Translations under genes and position numbers: made by a program
The notes under the pieces: model-generated
Seen by the model: the letters and a program-made list of their open reading frames with translations, nothing else
The model's database searches: none
Told to the model about the DNA's origin: nothing
Shown: piece by piece, positions 48,397-58,415 of the stretch
How the letters are laid out: each line of letters starts with the position of its first letter
How positions within the stretch are numbered: position 1 is the stretch's first letter
Origin: Saprospiraceae bacterium
Lineage (GTDB): Bacteria; Bacteroidota; Bacteroidia; Chitinophagales; Saprospiraceae
Assembly (NCBI GenBank): GCA_965248155.1
Contig: CBDFIO010000001.1
Span: 480,009 to 544,008, forward strand
DNA length: 64,000 nt
Reading direction: 5' to 3'

Positions 48397-49797
48397 CTAT
48401 TTTGCTTTTTCAATCTTGCTTTTAAGATTATCTAAATTTTCTTTAAATAGTTGAAGATTTCCATCTTTATTTTCGATAGCCAGTTCTACAGCTTTTTGAT
48501 AATTAATAAGTGCAGTATCCAATTCTCCATTCATCACTAGTGATTCTGCGTAGCTATCATAAACATTTGCAGAATTGGGGTTGAGCATCGTATTGGCTTT
48601 GAAAATAGATTCTGCTACTTTGGGTTTTTCGTGTTCCAATAAGTATTCATAACCCAGGATATTGATATCTCCTTCTACTAAAAAATTAGCTTCCTGACAT
48701 TTTGTTAAACTTTCTAGAATGGCTTCATCTGATTTTTCAATAGAGTATTGATCCAGTTGGTTATTCAAATTCAAAAACAGTGAGGTATACTGTTCTTTTT
48801 TCTCTGCTCTATAGGCTTCTGCCGCTGCTCTGGCTAATTCTTGTGTCTTTTCCAATGTCTCTTCAACGGAGGTTTTTATTTCTGGAATTACACCAACCCC
48901 TTCCCAGTTTTTATGCGTAATAGGGTTGATTGCCATTCCGGTAGGAATAAAAACATTCAGGTACTCATTGAGACCCATGGAACGTCCTGGATTTGCACCC
49001 CCTCCGGATGTCTGACCAATTAAGGTTGCTCTTCGCCGGGTTTGCATATTGTAAGCAAATTCTTCCGCTCCGGAAAAAGTTCGACTACTTGTAATCACAA
49101 ATAAGGGAACATCAGCCATTTTAAGACCTCCAACTTCATCCAGAGTCCAATATTCAATAGTATCGTTACCTGCTCTATAGTAAAGGCTGTTCAGATGTAA
49201 ATGCTGATCAAAAAAGAAACTACACAAATACTGAACCATTGCCGGACTTCCTCCACCGTTCTTACTCAAGTCAATAATAACAGCATCAGCTCTGGACATT
49301 AACTTCATATAGGAATCAGTAAGCTCTTTTCCAGAGTCCATACCGGCAAAACCTCTATAATCTAAGTAAGCAACATTGCCTTCCAAAATTTTTACGGTAT
49401 TAAAACCGGTATTAAAACTTCTTGATCTATTGATTTGATGCAAGCGCTCTTCTACTTTTCTTTCAGGAGTATTGTCAGGTTTTTCATATGGAGGATTAAC
49501 CCTTATACGCATATGCTTGTCATTGTTAATTGACTGTACGGATTCTGTTAAAGCTTCAGCAAAGCTTTCATTAGTTTCAAATTGCTTGAAGTGACCTTCG
49601 GAGAATTGTGTTATTAAGTGCTCTTCGGTTGATTTGGCAATCTCAGGAAATACGTAATAGTCGTCCATAAATTGTGAAAGACTTTGTATTGTTTGTTCTT
49701 TATATTCTTCAGAAAGAGGACTGTCTTGGGCTGTAGATCTATTGGAGTTAAAAGTTAATACAGCGATAAGTATAATCAAACGGAAAGAAAGCTTCAT
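48397..49797 (-). CDS. S41-family (tail-specific-protease-like) peptidase with C-terminal TPR region
   Basis: Signal peptide. IIDLSKNGGGSPAMV and TSSRTFSGAEEFAY match the S41 DLRxNxGG and catalytic-Ser blocks. Confidence 0.65.
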   Translation of the reverse strand: MKLSFRLIILIAVLTFNSNRSTAQDSPLSEEYKEQTIQSLSQFMDDYYVFPEIAKSTEEHLITQFSEGHFKQFETNESFAEALTESVQSINNDKHMRIRVNPPYEKPDNTPERKVEERLHQINRSRSFNTGFNTVKILEGNVAYLDYRGFAGMDSGKELTDSYMKLMSRADAVIIDLSKNGGGSPAMVQYLCSFFFDQHLHLNSLYYRAGNDTIEYWTLDEVGGLKMADVPLFVITSSRTFSGAEEFAYNMQTRRRATLIGQTSGGGANPGRSMGLNEYLNVFIPTGMAINPITHKNWEGVGVIPEIKTSVEETLEKTQELARAAAEAYRAEKKEQYTSLFLNLNNQLDQYSIEKSDEAILESLTKCQEANFLVEGDINILGYEYLLEHEKPKVAESIFKANTMLNPNSANVYDSYAESLVMNGELDTALINYQKAVELAIENKDGNLQLFKENLDNLKSKIEKAK

Positions 49798-49888
49798 TAT
49801 TTATAAGGTATTTGTGAACCCTAAATGTAAATGAATTATACACAATAAGAAAAAGAGATTTTTTTTGAAGTTTTTATCTTAGGGCTAG

Positions 49889-51520
49889 TTAATTTTGAAT
49901 ATAAATTTTGTGTGTTTGATTCGAATCAAACCTTAAAAAATACAAACCTGAGTTAATTGAAGACAGATCTAAAGTACCATTTGCTGGAATTCGGCCGGTT
50001 ATGACACTCTGTCCTAAGATATTAAAGAGTATATAGTTTTCTGAATTGCCTTCAATTTTAACAAAGCTATTTGCTGGATTAGGATATATATTAAAATTGG
50101 ATGCGTCTGCATCTTCTATATTAACAGTCTCGCAATTGCTGAAATGAGGATTTAATTCTACAGGTTGCCCAGGACTTAAGTCTTTGCCATCAAACCCATG
50201 ATAAGACAAAGCGTATTTATGTGCTTTAAAAACAGAGTTCGATTTTTGACCTGAAGGTACAATGTCTCCTTGTGAAGCAATACCAAACGATGTAACAGGA
50301 TTAACATATTTCCACACCAACTTGCCCATGTTGGTGATTTCAAAAAAAGTGCCACGGACCCCATCGTTTATCAAAATATTACCATTAGGAAGTTGTTGGG
50401 CACTCGAAATAATAGCTGAATAGAAACTTGTTGGTGGGTCAGCAGTATATTCATAATCAAATGTAGCTGGGAGGAATTGCTGATTTAGATCTTGAAGATA
50501 TTTACCGTTTTCAATAACTGGATTAATTTTAACAACAGAAGAATATTTGCCTTCGGGGCGACCCTTTCCGTTATTAAATACCATAATCTTGTTTTCATCA
50601 GGCAATCCCTTCGAAATCCAATGAGCACTATGTTGCCCAAATAATTGTTTGTCATCTGGTGTTCCTCTTTTATAAGTTTGGGGATTACCCCATCTAAATA
50701 ATATATCACCTTTTTCTCCTGAAGCTTCCTCTGAAGTAATACTATGATCAATAACCCAGATTTCATCGAAACAATTAGAACTTACCATAATTTGATCTAG
50801 TTCTGCATTATAAGCAATTGAGTTGGCATGCATCCAATCGGCATCGTCATGTCCTGGTCCAGTATAATTGACATCAATTTTTACAGGATTATCAGACACC
50901 ACTCCATAATTATTTTTTTCAGGATCATAATCTTGAATTAAATGATCCCAAGCATGCCATTCCCAAACAATCAAACCCGTATCAAAACTTGTAGGTTGTA
51001 CTTCAACGATATGTTCTGGCCGTAATTCTTGTCCCTGTAAGACCTGAATATTTTTCCCGGCATCTATAACATCTGATAATTGTTTTATCTCCCAAGCTAA
51101 TATCAAAACATTCCCGTTTGGTAAAACTTGAAAATCATGATGTGCTTTAACAAATTCAGAACTATACTTATAAGTCCAAAGCAAATTGTTTTCCCAATCA
51201 TATCTCTCAATTATGCCTCCACTACTAGCACCTTGAATCTGAGGGTATTTGTCATTTGCTGCTCTGTAAATTGATCCATCAGTATGCAGATATACACTAA
51301 GTCCTGGTCGAGCTGAACAATTCCAGGTATTTATGATACGGCCGCAATTATCAATTAAGTATACATCTGTGCTCGGTGAGGGAGAAAAAAGAGTCAATCC
51401 TTCAAATGTGTTTTCTTCGTATAACAAAAGCCCCACTGTTGTATCTTGTGCAAGTAGAATAGTTGTGCCAAAACAATGGCAAAGAAATAAGAAGCAAAGT
51501 TTAATTTGATTACATATCAT
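49889..51520 (-). CDS. Arylsulfotransferase-family (ASST/Arylsulfotran_2-like) beta-propeller protein with T9SS C-terminal sorting domain
   Basis: ADWMHANSIAYNAELDQIMVSSNCFDEIWVIDH and FGQHSAHWI. The last ~70 aa (FNIYPNPANSFVKIEG...GLYFLRFDSNQTHKIYIQN) are a typical Por/T9SS CTD. Confidence 0.6.
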   Translation of the reverse strand: MICNQIKLCFLFLCHCFGTTILLAQDTTVGLLLYEENTFEGLTLFSPSPSTDVYLIDNCGRIINTWNCSARPGLSVYLHTDGSIYRAANDKYPQIQGASSGGIIERYDWENNLLWTYKYSSEFVKAHHDFQVLPNGNVLILAWEIKQLSDVIDAGKNIQVLQGQELRPEHIVEVQPTSFDTGLIVWEWHAWDHLIQDYDPEKNNYGVVSDNPVKIDVNYTGPGHDDADWMHANSIAYNAELDQIMVSSNCFDEIWVIDHSITSEEASGEKGDILFRWGNPQTYKRGTPDDKQLFGQHSAHWISKGLPDENKIMVFNNGKGRPEGKYSSVVKINPVIENGKYLQDLNQQFLPATFDYEYTADPPTSFYSAIISSAQQLPNGNILINDGVRGTFFEITNMGKLVWKYVNPVTSFGIASQGDIVPSGQKSNSVFKAHKYALSYHGFDGKDLSPGQPVELNPHFSNCETVNIEDADASNFNIYPNPANSFVKIEGNSENYILFNILGQSVITGRIPANGTLDLSSINSGLYFLRFDSNQTHKIYIQN

Positions 51521-51584
51521 AATAACTTCCGTGTTGAATTAAAGCTAATATGGGAATCCTCTAACAATAGAAGTAAGAAGTTTC

Positions 51585-53798
51585 TTAATAATTCTCGTTT
51601 GCGATTAACAAATTTCTCATTTTGTCGAGCATTTTAATAATCTTGGCATATTCATGAATAGGCGCCACTCTGAATTGATCTGGAAATATTAATATCGCTT
51701 CACCGCTACTTTCAATATGATCAATATTACTATTCTCTAAAAAACGCTTCAAATCATCACTTAAAAATTTATCCATACCTGCAGGATCATCAACCTTTAC
51801 GATGAAATTGTCTGAGAAATGAGGATACGATGTAAAATCTATATCCGTTTGTGGGGATAAATGAATGATCTTGCCAAAAAAGCTCTTCTTCTCAATAGTA
51901 AACTTTGGAATTTTATAAGGCAATCTGATGAGGGCCATTGTTGCTTTATATTCTTCATAAGCCATATAAGCACCTTCCTCAAAAAACAAATCTGCAATTT
52001 CCCATTTGTAGTCTTCGTTACGTGTCCAGATACAATTTCTTTTATATTCTATGGGGCGTGATTTGAAAAAATAGAAATCCTGGAAATAATCAACCCATTC
52101 TTCAGATTCGCCAACATAGCTGTAACCATATGCTATACCTGTTTCTTTTATTCCTTTTTCCCGGCTTGTTAATTGGTGAGGTGCTGAAGTTAAAATTTTC
52201 AATGCTAACTTATGCTGAGTGGAAGAAGTATGATTTTCTAATCCAAATATTTGGACACTTCCATTGGCATTATTTTGTGCATCCTGGAAATCATCAAATT
52301 TTTCCAAAATGGAATAATCTACAAGACGCGCTTCGGAAAGATCAATATGTACATTACTGCCGAGAGGAATCTGATTTAATAAATTATTCATTTTAATGGC
52401 TCCAAGGAAGTTTGCAATTCCTTTAATTTTTAGGTCGTAGGATCCACCTTCACTTATAAGCACATTTGAACCCGAATTAAAGATCATATTATAAAATTGG
52501 CGAATAGATACTTTGGCCAGCAGAAAGTGAGCAGTTAAAGCGAGAAGCAAACCGGCAAAGATTCCAACCATCAGATCTGTGTAGAGTGTGATTACAAGTG
52601 TACCTACAAAAAATATCAGCTGTTCGACTCCATGATCATAAATATGTTTGAACACCTTGGGAGAAGCCAGTTTGTATCCTGTAAATACAAGTAGCGCTGC
52701 AAGTGCAGCGAGAGGAACTTTAGTAATAACCGGAGTCAATACAAAAACAAAGGCTAGTAAAATTAATCCATGATATAAATTAGACCACTTCGTTTTCGCA
52801 TGATTATGGACATTTACTGTACTACGAACAATTACAGTAATAATTGGTAAGCCACCTATAGCTCCGGAAGCCATAGTACTCATTCCAATACCAATAAGAT
52901 CTTTGTTAAGATCCGTTTTTCTTTTGTAAGGATCAAGTTTGTCGACGGCTTTACTACTTGCCAAAGACTCAATACTGGCAATCATCGTTATCGATATCAC
53001 AGAAGTCCAGAACTTCCAAGTACCGATCATTGAAAAATCGGGATGAGCAATTGCATCCATAATGTTTCTGGGGATATCAACCAATAAATGCGGTCCTACA
53101 GTATAATCATTTCCGAAAAAGGAAAGTGATCTTGCATCAAAAAAGTTAAATAAATAGACAAATGGAATTGATATCACAAGAACCCACATCGGGGCAGGTA
53201 TTAAATGAAATAATTTATAACTGATCTTTGATTGAAAGATGAGCAATATGAGACCAGTCAAGGAAATTGTAGCTACAAATGGATTTACATTTGGTATTTG
53301 TTTAACTGCATCTACTAATAGTTCGATTGTGCCGCTTGCTTCAGTTGAGACACCCATTGCTACATGTATCTGTTTTGCAAAGATTATGACACCTATCGCA
53401 GCAAGAATTCCATGAACTATACTGGAATGGAAAATCTCTGCCAGCTTTCCCAGTTTTAATAAGCCCAAAAGAACCTGAATTCCTCCAGAGACGACGATGG
53501 CAGCTAAAACATAGTTTAATGCTTTTGGATCTCCTTGCCATAAGGCCAAAGAACTTAAAATAACAGCAATAAGGCCAGCAGCAGGACCATTAATTGCCAT
53601 ATGACTTCCGCGAAAAAAAGTTGTGACTATTCCTCCAATAATCGCCGAAGTAATCCCGGTCATTGGTGGCACATTAGAAGCATAGGCAATTCCTAATGCT
53701 AATGGTAGTGCCACCAGTGCGACGCTAATCGCAGCTAGTACATCGCTTTGCCAGTTTTCTATTAAGCCTTTATATCCAGTTTTAGGAATTGTCTGCAT
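51585..53798 (-). CDS. SulP-family anion (sulfate/bicarbonate-type) permease with STAS domain and a ~190-aa uncharacterised C-terminal extension
   Basis: The N-terminal SulP blocks (AAISVALVALPLALGIAYASNVPPMTGITSAIIGGIV..) come first. A STAS-like segment (about residues 430-545) follows. Then there is a further domain with no motif I recognise. Confidence 0.8.
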   Translation of the reverse strand: MQTIPKTGYKGLIENWQSDVLAAISVALVALPLALGIAYASNVPPMTGITSAIIGGIVTTFFRGSHMAINGPAAGLIAVILSSLALWQGDPKALNYVLAAIVVSGGIQVLLGLLKLGKLAEIFHSSIVHGILAAIGVIIFAKQIHVAMGVSTEASGTIELLVDAVKQIPNVNPFVATISLTGLILLIFQSKISYKLFHLIPAPMWVLVISIPFVYLFNFFDARSLSFFGNDYTVGPHLLVDIPRNIMDAIAHPDFSMIGTWKFWTSVISITMIASIESLASSKAVDKLDPYKRKTDLNKDLIGIGMSTMASGAIGGLPIITVIVRSTVNVHNHAKTKWSNLYHGLILLAFVFVLTPVITKVPLAALAALLVFTGYKLASPKVFKHIYDHGVEQLIFFVGTLVITLYTDLMVGIFAGLLLALTAHFLLAKVSIRQFYNMIFNSGSNVLISEGGSYDLKIKGIANFLGAIKMNNLLNQIPLGSNVHIDLSEARLVDYSILEKFDDFQDAQNNANGSVQIFGLENHTSSTQHKLALKILTSAPHQLTSREKGIKETGIAYGYSYVGESEEWVDYFQDFYFFKSRPIEYKRNCIWTRNEDYKWEIADLFFEEGAYMAYEEYKATMALIRLPYKIPKFTIEKKSFFGKIIHLSPQTDIDFTSYPHFSDNFIVKVDDPAGMDKFLSDDLKRFLENSNIDHIESSGEAILIFPDQFRVAPIHEYAKIIKMLDKMRNLLIANENY

Positions 53799-54000
53799 CG
53801 TAATAAGTGTTTTGTTACTAATAGCTAAATAAATGAAAGGAAATTATTGCTTCAATTCATTTTTTCCAATATGCAAAACTATAAGATTGATTGAAATTTC
53901 CTAAAAACTTAATGCCGAAAAATGAAAATTAATTCAAAGCTAAATCTTTAATTATGGTCTTCTCTAAAAGGGCTGTCCCAAAATTCTAAATAATATAAAA

Positions 54001-55170
54001 TCACCGTACCGCATGATTTCGCATCATTTCTATTATTTGATTTGGCAATGAATATTCAGTTGGAAAAGTCTCTCCTTCTGAGTAATATTCAAAACTTCTT
54101 TTAATTTCAGTTCTAAATCTTCCATCAAGATGTTCCTCTTGTTTTATCCAGTTCCCAATATTATCATATTCATACTTATACACCATTATTAATTCATTGA
54201 CATACCTTTCTTTAATAATATTTCCATGTGAGTCATATTCTAAGAGATTGTCCATATTCTCTTTTACATACTTGCCTTCTTTATAATTATGGACATATAT
54301 CGAGTCTGAATTCAACACATTGATGTAATCTTCAATGTCAAAGTCATTATCATCATATATCCATTTTTGAATTCTATTCCCATTCGATGATCTATGACAA
54401 AACAATTTTTTTCTACCCAAAGAATCATAGAATTTATATCGTTCGTATCTGGTTCTACTGGATTTTGAAAGTTTGGAATAACCTTCTGCTATGATAGATT
54501 TAAGGACCCCATTTGAATGATAAGTAAAACTTGATTCAGCTTCATTTGGCTTGATAAATTGAACTTTCTTCCCGTTAACATAGTTTCTATAGCTACCTGT
54601 TAAGTTTTCAGAAGAATAGATAGAGATAGTGTCGTTTTTTGAAATATGGGTAAATGTATTTCCATATTCATCTAAAACTTCGTCGCCTATTGGGAGACCC
54701 TGATCATTATAGAAATAGACATGTCGGTTGATTCTTTTGGATCGGTAATATCTATCACTATATATTTTCTGGCGATCACTATGATCTTTGTACCATATTC
54801 TAGATTTAATTATTCCATTGGTGTCAATAGTTTCACAGTATTGAATTTCTCCGTCAAGATCAAAAATGACTTTGTAAGCATATTTGTAATCATTTGAAGG
54901 ATGAAAATCGGTAGCATGAGTTGTAATTGATTTAATAGACCCTCGAAGACTTGGATAATCAAGATAAAAATCATCATCATAAATTGACAGGTTTTTTGCT
55001 TGATACTTGTAGCGGTCCCACAAATCATCTAATTGATGCAAGTCATCGACGGAATCCTCCTTTTGATATCCTTGAAATTGACAAGCAATAAATAAAATAA
55101 TGAGAACAAAAAAAACTTTGGAAATTAAAAACGGAAATGTTTTAGTTGTTTTTTTAATGATTTTATTCAT
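54001..55170 (-). CDS. Hypothetical membrane-anchored protein with Tyr/Asp-rich beta-repeat-like sequence
   Basis: N-terminal TM helix. Loosely repeated Y-x-Y/D-x-G-x motifs. No confident family. Confidence 0.4.
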   Translation of the reverse strand: MNKIIKKTTKTFPFLISKVFFVLIILFIACQFQGYQKEDSVDDLHQLDDLWDRYKYQAKNLSIYDDDFYLDYPSLRGSIKSITTHATDFHPSNDYKYAYKVIFDLDGEIQYCETIDTNGIIKSRIWYKDHSDRQKIYSDRYYRSKRINRHVYFYNDQGLPIGDEVLDEYGNTFTHISKNDTISIYSSENLTGSYRNYVNGKKVQFIKPNEAESSFTYHSNGVLKSIIAEGYSKLSKSSRTRYERYKFYDSLGRKKLFCHRSSNGNRIQKWIYDDNDFDIEDYINVLNSDSIYVHNYKEGKYVKENMDNLLEYDSHGNIIKERYVNELIMVYKYEYDNIGNWIKQEEHLDGRFRTEIKRSFEYYSEGETFPTEYSLPNQIIEMMRNHAVR

Positions 55171-55205
55171 ATCATAATAATAACAAAATATGATTCAAAA
55201 TAGCC

Positions 55206-56839
55206 CTAGTGTTGAATATACACCTTATGAATTACTCCACTGTCCATTTTTAAAAAATATAAGCCTTCTGTGACATTGGGTATTTCTATTTTTCTTGTAG
55301 AAGGAATCATATTACTTATGATTTTTTCACCCAGTTGGTTGAAGAGTGTATAATTTTTTGAATTGCCTTGAATTGTGAATGTACCATTTGAAGGATTAGG
55401 GAAAATGTTATGATTATTCGATTCTGTTTCTTCAGCACTTAAAGTTATGCATAAACTCGAATTTGGTTCACCTTCAATAGGGTCACCAGGACTCAGGTCT
55501 TTACCTTCGAAACCACGATAGGTGAAAGGGTATTTGTGAATTCTAAAAACAACATTTATTCCTTCACCATAAGCGTCTTCGACGCTATCTCCCTGAGTTG
55601 CTATACCATGAGTTGTAACAGGATTAATATATTTCCATACGGTCTCTCCAGAATTTGTGATTTCAAAAAATGTTCCATGAATACCGTCATCAATGAGGAT
55701 ATTTCCATTGGGAAGCTGTTGAGCTCCGGAGACAATTCGTGAATAGAAATTTGTTGGAGGATTTGCCGTGTATTCCCAATCATAAGTTATTGGGAGAAAT
55801 CTATTATTTGAATCAATCTGGTATTTTCCATTATGAATTATTGGCTCGATTTTAACAACTGACGAATACAAATCATCTGGACGGCCTTTTCCATTATTGA
55901 AGATGAGAATTTTGTTTTCATCTGGTAATCCTTGTGGAATCCAGTGTGCGCTATGCTGTCCAAATAACTGTTTATCCCCATCAGTGCCTTGCCTGTAGGT
56001 TTGGGGATTTCCCCACCTGAATAAGAGATCTCCTTGTACTCCAGCCGCTTCTGAAGTTGTAATGTTATGATCTATAACCCATATCTCATCGAAGCAATTA
56101 GAACTTAAAAGAATTTGGTCCAATTCAGAATTGTAATCAATCGAATTCGCATGTATCCAATCAGGTCCATCATGACCAGGGCGAATGTAATTGATATCAA
56201 TTTTTCCTGGATTTTCAGATACAACTCCATAGTTCATTTTATCTGGATCATTATCTTGAATCAAATGATCCCATAGATACCATTCCCATACAAGCTCTCC
56301 GGAATTCAAACCTGTGGGTTTAATCTCAACGATATGTTCCGGCCATAATTTACTTCCAGTTAAAACATTTGTGATCCTTCCGGCATTAACTGCTGATTCT
56401 ATATTTTTTTCTTCCCACGCCAGGATTAATACATTGCCATTTGGCATAACTTGAAAATCATGATGAGCTCTAAATGATTCTGAACTGTATTTGTATGACC
56501 AAAGAAGATTGTTGTCCCAATCGTATCTTTCAATGAGGCCGCCTCCTCCTCCAGCTTGGATTTGAGGATCTTCTACGTTTGCAGCCCTGTAAAGAGTACC
56601 ATCCTTCTCTAAATAAACAGTATTTCCAGGTCTTGTTGAACATTGCCAAGAGTGAACCAGCCGACCACAATTGTCAATCAAATACACATTTTATCTGCAG
56701 ATGGAGAAAAAAGCGTTAATCCTTCGGATGTGTTTTCATTGAATAGGAAAAGGCCTACTGTTCTTTCTTGTCCTTTGGAGTCTGATACTCCAAGGAAGTA
56801 AAACAATAGCAGAAAAATGACTCTATGTTTTTTATACAC
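55206..56839 (-). pseudogene. Paralog of 49889-51520 (arylsulfotransferase-family protein with T9SS CTD), frameshifted near the 5' end
   Basis: About two-thirds to three-quarters identical to the paralog by eye. Upstream of 56687, a GTG-initiated frame (56839) encodes the signal peptide and ..TVGLFLFNENTSEGLTLFSPSADK. One extra A in the A4 run (T4 at 56689-56692 on the plus strand) restores ..SADKNVYLIDNCGR... Confidence 0.75.
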
Positions 56840-56866
56840 TTTTCCTGATTTTTAATAGAATGATGA

Positions 56867-57412
56867 CTATTTTAAATTAAAAGTTACTACAGGAGGTTTC
56901 CAGGATTCTGGATCACCGAGGATGCCATGTGTTTCACTAATTATCTCCATCCATTCTGGAATCACTTTTATTAAGAGGTAATCTTCAATCTGATTCGGAT
57001 AAAAAGCTTTCCATTCCGCTTTCCATCTCCTTTCTTTTTCTATTTGATCATTTACCAGTTGAGCTGTACCATGAATCATAACATATCCTGAGGCATCTTT
57101 GTCTAAATAGTATAATGTTACCCTCGGATCATCTTTTATTTGCTGAACTTTTCTGCTATTGGGATTGGTTCCAAACCAAACCGTCATATCGTCTTCCGGG
57201 TGGAAGGGATCCATAGCTCTTACTCTGGGTCGACCATCTTTATCTACAGTTATCAATGCGCAAGTTTCTGTAGAGATCATAATCTGTTTTGCTGCTTGGA
57301 TTAGCTGATTGTTGATTGAGTCTATTGGGTCAGAAACCTGACTAAAAGCTGAACTTGATATCAAAGCAACCACAAAGAGTGCTGTTGGAATGGCTTTTCT
57401 TATTAGCATCAT
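56867..57412 (-). CDS. Pyridoxamine-5'-phosphate-oxidase-family (FMN-binding split-barrel) protein with signal peptide
   Basis: ETCALITVDKDGRPRVRAMDPF...TVWFGTNPNSRKVQQIKDDPRVTLYY is typical of the family. Confidence 0.65.
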   Translation of the reverse strand: MMLIRKAIPTALFVVALISSSAFSQVSDPIDSINNQLIQAAKQIMISTETCALITVDKDGRPRVRAMDPFHPEDDMTVWFGTNPNSRKVQQIKDDPRVTLYYLDKDASGYVMIHGTAQLVNDQIEKERRWKAEWKAFYPNQIEDYLLIKVIPEWMEIISETHGILGDPESWKPPVVTFNLK

Positions 57413-57552
57413 TTCATTAATTAGTAAACGCTGATTTTTATATCAGAAATTAAAGCTGGAATGTTATTGCCCATGCCTATAATTTCTTTTGATTTGTAAA
57501 CTATTATGACTTATATTTTCTCAAATCTAAAAATCAAATTACTAATCTTCAC

Positions 57553-58290
57553 TTACTTCCCAAACTTTGTGAAAGGGAAAATCATAGGGACTCTCTTTTG
57601 ATAATCAACATAGGGGTCTCCGATTTCTGCACGAAGGTCTTTTTCTTCAAGGTATTTAACAGAAATCAGAATATATGCCGTAGTCACAGCAGCAAAAAGC
57701 AAATGTCCCGTAGTCATTACAGGAGTCGCCCAAAATGCAATAATAAATCCTGTCATGAGTGGGTGTCGAACAAATTTGTAGAAATAGTTTTCCTTAAACT
57801 TTAATCCTGTAGGAGGCTGATTCCTAAAATTATTATATACGTGATCCAGACCAAATAAATGAAAATGGTTAATCATAAATGTAGAAAGGAAAACAATAAG
57901 CCAACCAATCCAAAATAAGGCTGTTAAAATCATGGCTCCTGTGCTATTCTGAAATTCCCATATTATATCTGTCATTGGCCGCCATTGCCAAAAAATGAGC
58001 AACAATATCAAACTGGTTAATAGTACAAAAGTACTTCGTTCAACAGCTGGACTGATTATCGTTGTCCACCATTTTTTAAAACTTGGGCGAGCCATAATTG
58101 AATGCTGAACAGCAAACAGACTTAACAATAATAAGTTGATGACGATTGATGTTACAAGTCCGGATTCTGGACCTGAATCAATTCCTTTTGGAAGGACCAA
58201 ATTGCCTACAAAGCCAATAGAGCATAAAAAGGCAATTAAAAATAATACATAGGCCACAAGGCCATACAAGAGTGTGATAGTTTTTAACAT
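57553..58290 (-). CDS. ICMT/PEMT-superfamily membrane methyltransferase (NnrU/MddA-like)
   Basis: Five or six TM helices. C-terminal block FVRHPLMTGFIIAFWATPVMTTGHLLFAAVTTAYILISVKYLEEKDL...YVDYQKRVPM. Confidence 0.6.
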   Translation of the reverse strand: MLKTITLLYGLVAYVLFLIAFLCSIGFVGNLVLPKGIDSGPESGLVTSIVINLLLLSLFAVQHSIMARPSFKKWWTTIISPAVERSTFVLLTSLILLLIFWQWRPMTDIIWEFQNSTGAMILTALFWIGWLIVFLSTFMINHFHLFGLDHVYNNFRNQPPTGLKFKENYFYKFVRHPLMTGFIIAFWATPVMTTGHLLFAAVTTAYILISVKYLEEKDLRAEIGDPYVDYQKRVPMIFPFTKFGK

Positions 58291-58415
58291 GGTTATTTTA
58301 GGTTATGCTAAAAGGTACGATTATTTAAGAAGGAGGAAGAATTAGTTTATAATTATTGAACTGTGGAAATCTTGATGGTTCATCTTTGAATCCGTCGACA
58401 TAGAGGATGTCTAAC

